From Chrysomallon squamiferum (lineage: Eukaryota; Animalia; Mollusca), in contig CM022672.1 of the NCBI GenBank assembly GCA_012295275.1, positions 27,404,001 through 27,468,000 on the forward strand: a stretch of 64,000 nucleotides of DNA, read 5' to 3'. Every line of letters begins with the position of its first letter. Position 1 is the stretch's first letter. The notes below the pieces were generated by a model, which was not told the DNA's origin, made no database searches, and saw nothing but the letters and a program-made list of their open reading frames with translations. Made by a program: the position numbers and the translations under genes. Below, piece by piece: positions 52,994 to 64,000 of this stretch.

Positions 52994-55215
52994 CAACGTC
53001 ACATGGAATGAAAATGAGGCCCGTGTAATCCTGAGACTGGAGAGAACTTTTTCACAGATAAAATGATTTTTTTTTCTTCAGAGTAAATTTTGGCAAAATA
53101 TAAAATTTATCTTCAAAAGAAAAATGGTGTATATATATATATTTCACTGATTTACAAATGGATACGATTCTTTTAAACTCATGATGGTTAGATGTGTCTA
53201 CATTACTGTCTAATATTATCCAGATTGCAAACTAAAGTGTGGAAATATCACTTGATACTGAAATTATCACCTTCTCTGTAATTAGCTGAAATTAAATACT
53301 TTACATGAAACTGACTTTATCGGTTACTTTGATCTTTTCATAATTGGCGATCAAGTGATATGTTCCCAACAACTGATTTCATGCAAACCAGACTTGCGGT
53401 AATATCTCCTATGTGTGATCGTTCGTAGAACACTGCCATAGTGTTCACAATTTAAACATATCCATACAGTACACGTAACAGACAATAGTGCTGTGTTCTA
53501 ATTAAATACCATACCATACAGATCACGCGTTGAACAGTGCCTTTTGTTAACTGCCCTGTATGCAAAGGTTGTTAATGGTAATAAGATAACCCTTGTCGAT
53601 AAAGACAACATTGGCACAAATGGTCTTCCGTAGAAACAATTTGGTAAAGATGGTTGCCGTTCAGTATTTTCATCCCGTGAATAATTTTGTTCTGTTTGAA
53701 CTGGCTCCAGGACATTAATACAGCAAGTTTTATCTGTGGCCAGGGATACAGTCTCGTTATTGTGGAGATTTGCACAGGAAAGTTTAGCAGGGAGCAAAGA
53801 GATGAAGAAACATACTGATGGACAGAATTTTTAATAACGTTGAAACTAGCAGGGTTTTCTAAACAGACATTTGTGGTTGTTCCACGCCTAAAATTATATG
53901 TTGCTATTAATTTAATGAAAAAAAAAACGGGAGAAAACAATTTAAAACATCAACAAACAAAAATGAAATTGATAATTAAAATGAGTTAATTATGTTTGTG
54001 TTTGTAGAGAGAAAGATATATAAAATACATGAAAAAAAAATTTTTTTTTATTAGAAACTTGCTTTGAACAAAACACTGTTAACTAGAAAGTGTTTGCATG
54101 GCCTGGTTTCTAGTCACGTACTGACGTAGATTTACATTAACAGAGTATTTTCAGTTCCACTCATGGATTAAAAACAAATTATGGTACTCTTGTTTGAAAC
54201 CAAATCCTGTTTTATTTATTAAACAAATACCAACAGCAGTGAAATGAATGGCTCTTCTGTGTAACAGATGACAGAGAAACAAACACGTTTAAACTACAAA
54301 CCAAAACACCAAATTCATGCAATTAATAACAAAAATAGCTCCCTTGAACTGTACTCATAAAGTAATTCTTTATTTATCCGTTTGTCACCTGGTCTGAACG
54401 CATCTTCACGTTCTTGAACCGAGGCGTCGTATACTGCACATCACTGAAACACAACAGCTCTTTCTCCACTGTCTGTTCGTACGTGTTAAATACCAATCAT
54501 ACACTTATCTCACTCATCAGGGTGGAATTATTCGAGTGCTATAAAACGAAGGTGCCAATGTCTTTACAGAGCTGCAGCAGGCTTGAATAACTCGGGTGTC
54601 ATAAGCTGCTGCAGTTTTATCTCTTAGCATCATCATCCGGTATTGCCCTCTCAATCAAAGTGTAAAGCGTTTCCTTTGAAGTTCTGCTCTAGGTTATGTT
54701 CGACCAAAGCACAAGGGACGAAATCGGTTCTGGTGATGTTAAGCTTTGAATACACCACCACTGAGGACAAACGAAAACAATAACGGGCTACGTTTTACTA
54801 TTATGTGAAAGAATGATGACAATAGGTTAAGATAATAATAATAAAATTAGAAAGAAAACAATGAAATTTCTCTATTTTTGGGGGGTGGGAAGAGGACACT
54901 TTTTAGAAAAAAATAAGAAATTTCATATAATAATAATAATAATAAGTAGATTATAATAAGTTTTTAAAACTATCATGTAGTAACAATAGCAATGGTGATG
55001 CAGATGATAAAAATCATTCAGTTGGTTCTGTTTAAACGGTAGATAACGAAATAACTAAAAGACGATTATCCAGCATGTCAGTCTTAGACAAATAATGTAA
55101 AATTATGAAAACTTTATTAAACAGCAGTCATTAGTATCATCAAGAGCATGACGTAACATAATGAGATAAGCTACAATCCTACATTTCGTGACTGTTGTTA
55201 TTGTTGTTGTTGTTA

Positions 55216-55287
<72 letters not shown>

Positions 55288-55288
55288 G
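55216..55288. repeat. (ATT)n microsatellite
   Basis: Direct reading of the sequence. Confidence 0.95.
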
Positions 55289-57658
55289 CTGTTGTTGTAT
55301 TGTATTAGTTTTGTATATGGTTACCGTTTAAAGTTTTTACATTTAGTTCAGTTTTTATTTGCATGTCAGTATTTCATATATGTACATGTATTTATATTAT
55401 ATGCGTATGTTTGTTGTCTTATCTATTCATATATTATGAAGTTAGGTATAAACATATGCATCCAAGGTGAGCATTCTTTACTAATATCGTCCGAAATCTC
55501 TCGGATTAAGCGATTTTTTAATGTGAATAGTCTAAATATAATTAAGTTATCTTATAGAGAGAGCGTCATATATTCTTTTTTAAAATAATTTGCTGCATGT
55601 ATGTACAGTATACCGAAGCATTATAAAATTAAGTTGTCACTACGAAGGCCATTTAAATGGACAAGTCGGTAGTTTTTGTATTCCTAATTTGTACGCTGCC
55701 ATCAAAATATATAGACGAAAAGCATCAGCAGAATACAATAAATAATGCTTTTCAGTCTCTTTCCACCATTTTGTTCTGGTTACAATTTTACTAAATATTA
55801 CAATTTTTTTTTATATATAGAATATAAATACAGGACTTTCAAATGTAATGAGTTTCTGTAATTTTCTGGTAGTGTAGCCATGACAACATGTGCATACATT
55901 AATGTCGTGTGTGCGTGCGTGCGTTCGTATGTGCTTGTTCAAAATAAAATGTTATCAACGTAAGTAAGCGATATTTTAGTAAGTGAACATGTTGTACAAG
56001 TGCCAGTTTGAAAATGTTAATGTATTCAAATAAATCGACGACTTTCAGACCGTTTCGAACAGCTGTGGCCATTTTGTTGATACTATAATTCAGACTTGCG
56101 TTAGTGATTGTAAGTATGCGTCGTGCGAATATCGTTAGATCTTTGTCAGTATTTTCTGTTAACTCCTTTAATAAAACACTGTCGTCAAAAAAGAATAATA
56201 ATAATAAAAAATTGGAATATGTCGTTTGAGAAAAATAATACAAATAACCATGCTTAAAATAAAGATGATCGATTACTGTATAACCAAAATAATTAGAAAA
56301 GAGCACAAACAACAAATCATTTTTACAACTTTAATATGTACATACCGTGTTACAAGTGTCAGAATATACATGTATATCTACAAACCTGGAGACATCGGTT
56401 ACGACAATACATGCATAATACATAGAAAATAATAGTTTATTTATTTGTATAGGTCTATGATTTTGTGTCATCATAATAAAAATTAAAATATTTTTTAAAA
56501 TCAAATATCTCATTTCGTCATTAAAAATATAAGTGTATAAGTGAAATAAAAGACAAAAGTGATATATATGTATCTGGTTTAGTTACATTTTTTTTTTTTT
56601 TTTTTTTTTCTACTGTAAATAACAGTATACAGGGTTTTTAATATTTAAAAATAGTAAATTAAGACAACTGTTTTGTGTCATTAATTAAATTTTCTCCATG
56701 CATTTACTTTTTGTTTCTGGAGCATTTATTACAAAATAACCCTCTGAAATAATTTAAAACATTCAAATTATAATTTTAAATATTAAAAAAAAGTAAAAGG
56801 CAAAAATTCATATAGCCATGTTATTGTAAAATGCATAGATATTAAAATAATAAGTAAAACATTTCAGCATGAATATAAACCCCTTTCAACAATGGAATTT
56901 CTAACAATGTTTTTATTTATAAGTGTAAACCAAACGAGTATACATATATATACATTCTCGGTCTTTTGTATTTTAAATCAAAGCCTTAAAATTTTGAAAC
57001 CTTTAAAAATTATTATAAATGTAAAATGAAAGTAAAATTTTTAATCCTTAAAATTTAAAAGACAACATAACATCACTGGGCCCACAAACAAATAACGAAT
57101 ATCTTGGACACGGTATAAAACAAAGAACTGTACAAGGCAGAATAAATATATCCCTGCTTATTTACATTTCAATTTACATTTTTATACAAGCAAGCACTAG
57201 CTTTTTAATAAGTTATATGCACTATTTTTTTTTTTTTTTTTTTAGAACATAAGTCATTCTCCATTAAATTACATTATTTCAAGATTGAAGATATTATTCT
57301 TTAATTATTATTTTTTTTAAATATGAAAATGTGATCATGTTGAAATATTATATAACGTTGTAGAGAACAGACTACCTAACAATTTCTTATGATATAATTA
57401 TGTATGTATTATAGTTATATCAATATAATTGGAGAAAATCTCTACTGCTAAAGCACTAATTAGCTTTCCCCACGAACATTCGTTGCAAACTTCACTGATT
57501 TTAATTATAAATATATTTCGTTTACACAGGTTATCCGGTAAGGATAAAAACTAAACTTTCTTTCATAAACATGTCACAGCGGATTTCTAATACAATCAGT
57601 ACAGGATGTTAGCTAGCGCATGCGCCATAAATCACTCTCACTGACAGAAGAGTTCATT

Positions 57659-57979
57659 TTAGAAACGTAAGGATCTCATCATCGTCTTTCTCTTTTCACC
57701 CGCTGTCCATGACTTAGCTTTCTGGCGGAAATGACGTAAGTCGGATGAATGGTCTTTGTGCAACATGGGAGTGTACATCTTTGGTTCACACAGCTCCTGA
57801 AATATATTAACATATGAAAGAAATAATTTCACCTTCGCCATTAAGTGTTTTATTTAAATATACGTATTAGCACTCAGCAACAACACTATAATAAAATAGG
57901 CATTCGCAAAAAGACACGTATTGATAAAATAGATTTTAAACTATCGATGACAAGAAGAGAAATGAAATCATTTATATTA

Positions 57980-58037
<58 letters not shown>

Positions 58038-58238
58038 ACAACGTACCTCAGCTTGCTCATAGAAAATGTTATATCCTCCTTCCAAAAGATATATTTCAGG
58101 GAAGAAAAGGTAGGGGTATCGATCACTGTTCTTGGCACGATCAAGACTTCGAAGATGCCTCATCCTATAAAACAGATAAAACATAAAAAATATTTATTTA
58201 AATATTTAACTTTCCTGGTCAGCAATTTCTTTTACTAA

Positions 58239-58277
<39 letters not shown>

Positions 58278-61200
58278 AATTATAAAATAATCCATATAAT
58301 CCCAATAATTCAAAAATAAACATATATAAGCAAACAATTTCTGTTACAATTCATAAAGATTCTACGTTTTCAAAGCGATATTGTATACTAGTAGATACAA
58401 GTACTGTTAACTTTACCGAGAAGATACTCACAAAGCGAACTTGAATAACACTGAAGAAATAGATACAAGTTATTAAAATTAAAGTTTACCGATTTAGTAA
58501 TTAAATTAATAACCAAACTGTCCGTAATGTACTGGTTACGGTCGTGCGTGCGTGCACGAAGATAAAATGATTTGTTAAAAAAATATTAAGGATCTTAGCC
58601 GATACGATTTACGAAAGCATCGTAATGTAAACGCAGTTAATAAATAATGAATGAAAAGTATGAACCATGCTCCACAATGAAAAACAAGCGAGAGTTTTGT
58701 ATTCATGGGATCGGTTTTAATAAAAAATATATATATTTCTCATACAGTTTACGTCTTGATTGCTGTTCCATCTTTATGTGAGGCAATGATAAAGATGCAT
58801 AATGACAAGATGTGATTTAAACAAGGGTGAATATAAATAATACAAATATTGTGATAGAAAGACTAGCTGTTTAGGAAAGAGATGAAGTTTAATGTTATCG
58901 AATATTACTGCTTTTGGTTTTAAAAGGAGATACACCTATGAGCGCAATGACGGTGGATGATTTTACGCCTTCGATGTAGCGACTGAACCGTATCTAATTT
59001 CTCCACTTTTCGGAGATAAAATAACGTGGAGAATAATAAATAAAAGATATTTACATTCCAGGCGCTCTGTGAGACGAGAACTCGCAGTGAAATATGATGA
59101 TTCGACGACGCTGCGAACAGCATTCAGACCTCTTGGCTTTCTCCAGAAGTGCGCTGACGTCATCAAACGTGAACAAACTGACAGCGCTCTACAATATAAC
59201 ATTTAAAAGGATTTATCATAGGAAACAGAATATTATGACATCATATTAAGATAATAAGTGGTTTACATGTGAATAAATATTATTAAAACGAAATATTACA
59301 ATTTTAGAATTAATAAACATCAATTTTGATTTATTATTATTTTTTTAATTATTTTTTTAACTTAACCTACCTGAATATGGCCGCCATTGTATTCGTATGG
59401 GTAGCGGCAGTCTACAACAGCGTATTCGTCGACGTCGTTCGTATAGTGACCAGACAAAAGATCTGAGAGCTTCAAAATATAACAAAATAACTTTTTTAAT
59501 TTAGTGTAACAATAGCATTAAAATGACGCCATTATAAAAATGCCCCAACACTGGATAATACAATAACATTAAGAACATTAAGAATACAAATTATGTAGAT
59601 ACTTCCATTATGTGTATCATCAAAAAAAAAAAAAAAAAAAAAAAAATACAGATTGAAGACTTACAGTTTTTGGAGAAATGCTTTGTAAATCTTTGTGTTT
59701 TCCTGGTACAGTAGGCAGGATATACGTCTGAAAATACAAAAAATATTAGAACTCATTATTAATTGTTAGTTATTTAAAGAAATCCATAATCACGGAAACA
59801 GTTGGTGGTAAGTTTATTTATAGTGTAAATATAAATAGTAAAACAACATGAGCGTGTTAGTAACAGACGATACACAACTCACTTTGCTTCCATCAGCTAT
59901 CATCTCTGACGATGCTAAAGTCTCAACTGCTGCTTTTATTCTACATTCGGCGTGCGCTGCAGGTGAAGGTCTGTCAATCTTTGAAAAGAACGTAAAATTG
60001 TTATCGATGTAGATATAAATATTACTTATAGATATAATAATAGAGCGATTAAATACAAGTTTACACTAATAATAACATTATTATTGTTATTACTTCTTCT
60101 TTTTTTAAATACATTAATATAATGGTAATTTACAAAATAGGTATATTTTACTTTATTAATAACTTTAAAATCTTATTTTCAACAAAAAAGTGAAAAATAT
60201 AAAAATAATTAAATTTTAAAAACTTTAAAATTTTATTTTAAACAAAAAAGTAAAAAAAATATATAAATAATTAAATTTAGAAAAAAAAAATTGATAAGAA
60301 ATTATGAAGAATCTTTGTTTAAACCTTTTTCTTTGGACTGAACGTAAGCGGCCTCTTTAAGGTGTTGCCTCGTTTTGGTTGTTTGGCTGTGAAAGGACTG
60401 TTCTGCGACTGAAACAGTTTCTTCCTGAAATCAAGAGACTCGCTACGCCTCAGCGGAGTACGTATAGAAAAATCCTCATTCTGTAACAAAATTTGGTGGT
60501 TCACAATTAGATATATTTATTTGTATCGATCCCTGTGTCTAACTGTGATGGAAACAATCTCATTTCCGTGCAGCGTTTTAACACTTTTGTTGATCTTGAA
60601 CGTCTATACAGGAACTTTAATGAAAATAAAATTATCATTATCATTATCATCATTATCATTATCATTATCATTATCATTAATATTAATATTATTATTATTA
60701 TTACTATAATATTTTCAAATAATTTTGAAACTGAAATAAATTGTTTTATTAAAAATGATATAGATAGACAGATATAAATATCAAGTTTATTAACAAGAAT
60801 TCAGTTGGCCTCACCAATCGTTTTTGCAGAGTCACGTGCCAGTTAACCTCGCCCGACTCCAGTGGAAGAAGATCCACTTCCATATCATCCTGCAACTGCG
60901 CATGTCACAAACATTATGATACAGATTTACCCATAAAGATGGCGGAACGAAGCATAAGCAGTTCAAATAATCTGTTAATCTGAATATCGTTGCCGTATAT
61001 CAGTTTAATTATTCTTTATGTTCTAAATTATTTTAAATTTTCATTAAAATGTAATATCTTAAAACGGAAATAAAATACATTTTCATACAGTCGCTCTAAA
61101 TGTACTGACGGAATTTTGGTATTTAATAAATTTACTAAAATGTATATATGTGATATTTAAATATATTATATTAGAAGCATGTCTGCACATGTTAATAAAA

Positions 61201-61750
61201 TTATTATATGTACTGTGTTATTTTAACAATATTTAAACAAATACGTTGCTTTTTTCCAATTTAACGTAATACAAAATTGGAAATTTTGTTATTATGACGA
61301 TCTCGCATATCGGTGACGTTGTTTTAAACTGTATTTGTATGTCAGCTGTCATTCCACCATCTTACACATTCACAAATGTACCAAATATTTCCACAGAATT
61401 TATCATTATTATTATGACTAATATTATTATTATTATACTATTATTATTACTATTATTATACTGTTGTTATTATTATTATTATTATTATTATTAATCTTCT
61501 TTAAATAATCTTAAACCTACAAAAGAAAAGGATAACAAAATTTACATTTATTGGTTAATAAAACGTTTTACAAGAAGGAAATAACAGTTTTAACGTCTGC
61601 TGATACTATCACACTGGTTACTTTGTTTTCTACTGCTGTGCATAACGTCTCGTCGTCCGTGGAGAAGTAACCGGAAGTGGAGGAGCCTGGACTGCGAAGG
61701 AGAAAGATCTCCTCGGCGTCCATGTCGCAGTCATCGAAATCGGGCAACAT
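57659..61750 (-). CDS. CDC25: M-phase inducer phosphatase (Cdc25 family), paralog 2 (9 coding exons, ~335 aa)
   Basis: Exons 61750-61622, 60889-60815, 60480-60325, 59978-59883, 59727-59665, 59469-59371, 59188-59055, 58164-58047, 57796-57659 (TAA). Motifs: [74 protein letters not shown]. Confidence 0.93.
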
Positions 61751-62787
61751 CGTGATTAGAGATCCTGAAATTAAATTAATATTAATGACGATGACAAAAA
61801 TACCACAGCAGTGTTTTTATAAAATATATATTTTTTTTTTATTCTATTATGTACTATTTCTTTTTGTTTGTTTGTTTTAACCATCAGTGAAACACAATGG
61901 AAACGATTACACATTAATAAAAAGACAGTAAAGATAATTAGCTATTCTCTATCATAACGGAAAGAAAGAAACCTTCCGAAGAACATATCCATTACAGACT
62001 GACGAGAACCTGGTAAAAAAATTTTAAGAGAAAATGTTGACGCTGTAACTGACATGCAGATAAATCACCATTTCACGCATCAAGACGTCTGCGTTCAGAT
62101 TTGTTCCAATACTGATTTACATCACTCCGACTGCAGCACTGTTTGCGTGCTGACCGGTTTGTGGTGTGAGGGTCAAACTGTGGACATACTTCACTGGACA
62201 ACACTGACTGCTAGGACAACAGATATTGTTCTGACATCCTGTTGCCACCTATTACACAACACTGTCAAAGGATTACATGTCAGTAATTTCTCGTTTGTCA
62301 CAAGAGAGACCATCATGGAAAAATACCTGTCCAGTTAATGGAAGAATTTTTTTTTTTTTTTTTTTTTTAAGACAGGTTACCTTTGAAACCTGTCCTGTGA
62401 TGTTTGATACCACGTTTTCCAAAGCACCTTAATGACATTTCGTACAATGTGTTCTGTGAATTATGATCATTTCTGACTTGAAGGCTTATTACCAGTTCTA
62501 AAAGTGGGTCAAACAGGAGTTTGGCATAATGGATGAGTGATTTCTAAAAGAAACTCGACATATTTATTATTGCGTAAACACGATGTAAAGTTTGGGTTAA
62601 AGCACGCTGTGTTGGAAACACTTATAAGTGTGTTGATAAAAGTTTCTGCTGCATTTTTTCTTCTGTCAATATAATCATACTCTGAATTATAAAAATGCGA
62701 GAACATGATTTAACTTTGTTATTGAACGATGAAAATTTTAAAAGTAAACTTTACCTTCACACACTCCTGGTTAATGTGAGAAATAAA

Positions 62788-62976
62788 ATAACTGCTGAGT
62801 TGTCAAAGAATACAATAACTGCTGAGTTGTCAAAGAATACAATAACTGCTGAGTTGTCCAAGAATAAAATAACTGCTGAGTTGTCCAAGAATAAAATAAC
62901 TGCTGAGTTGTCCAAGAATAAAATAACTGCTGAGTTGTCAAAGAATACAATAACTGCTGAGTTGTCAAAGGACAAA
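62788..62976. repeat. 27-bp tandem repeat, 7 copies
   Basis: Unit ATAACTGCTGAGTTGTC(A/C)AAGAATA(C/A)A repeated head-to-tail with no spacers. Confidence 0.95.
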
Positions 62977-64000
62977 ATAAAAGCTCAGACCAACCTCGCT
63001 TAACTTATTTCAGTTTAGAAATGATGTAATATGTAGGATATAAACACTGTTAGCTAAGTAATCATGTCTTGAAGCGAATATCTGAAATTACTGGTTGTTT
63101 TTGGTCAGGTCGCCAAGTCAAATATTGGTGTAAAAAATTCCCCGGATCGATGTCCACACCTCTGGAGAATCCTTTCACTTACGTATTTCACTAAAATGCA
63201 CCTTTTGTGACCGGAACAATTTGAACGGATAAATCTTGACCCGTTTCAATGGGGACTAAGTTTTGTAAAAACACGATGCGTCAACTTACGGCATAGGGTG
63301 TGTGTTGTTTTAGCCTGGGCAAGTCGCGTTATCGAGACTCCCATGAGGAAACTAAAGCTCGAAGGCATTTTCACTCCTTTTCTCAACAGTCACAAAAGCA
63401 GCGACCAGCTTTAGATCAAGGACAGTCCCGCTATCGAACATTCGTCCACGGGTAAAGTGATAATAGCCTCGATTATCAAGCCAAAGGGCGAGACTAATTT
63501 TATAGCCCAGCTTTGCCCCTATCTTAATCCGTCCAATTTTCTGCTGTGCTATGCCCGGCGACAAATTAGCGAGGGTAATTATGAAGTAATCTCATCTTCT
63601 TCGCATATATCGCCTCGTTTTAATTGTTCATAATGCCGGACTTTATTACTTTTCCTCCAGAGGCTATGTTCTTCCTCGCTTGTAAAACAAGTACCGTACC
63701 TGATGTAGTAAAGTTGTTAATGTCAGTTTAATTAGTTTTTAATTTGACGAGTTATTCAAAGAACATAAAAATAGTTTAAAAGTTCGTCTTGAGGCCTTCC
63801 ATTAAATATTCGGAGTATATCGCTCCCAAATTTTAATTTAATTTTACTCTGTCACCCGAGTTCTGATATCGCTTCTAAAACAAAAACAATGTCTGTGATA
63901 CTAGAAATTCCCACATTTCACAGATAAAACATATTTTAAATGACTGACAAATGTATATTAAATGTGATGCTCTGATTCGTATCACCTTTCAGACAATTTA

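Noticed and set aside
53498-53940. Overlapping 99- and 122-aa minus-strand ORFs (also 55899-56315)
   Set aside because: They have non-ATG or weak starts, no recognisable domain and no phase-consistent exon chain.
62788-62976. CRISPR-like array of 27-bp repeats
   Set aside because: Units abut with no unique spacers, there are no cas genes, and the context is eukaryotic.

Overview
AT-rich (roughly 30% GC), microsatellite-rich, intron-containing animal DNA. It is probably an invertebrate such as a mollusc, but the taxon is only an inference. Manual GT-AG exon chaining gives five complete multi-exon genes. NOC3L (+, 21 coding exons, ~794 aa) lies tail-to-tail with MRPL43 (-, 3 exons, ~182 aa). 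MRPL43 is head-to-head with CCDC125 (+, 11 exons, ~517 aa) across ~340 bp. Two short, divergent cdc25 phosphatase paralogs face each other tail-to-tail (+, ~344 aa; -, ~335 aa). The most interesting observations: the cdc25 pair, with non-canonical P-loops and different beta-TrCP-type degrons; a hidden in-phase alternative exon or internal first exon in CCDC125 intron 5; a paired NF-kB/CRE/C-EBP motif cluster in the gene-free left 8 kb; an exonic RFX X-box duplicated into the next intron; and a 36-bp minisatellite emerging from a (GTA)n tract. No prokaryotic systems, CRISPR arrays or RNA genes were found. Most ORFs in the supplied track are low-complexity artefacts.
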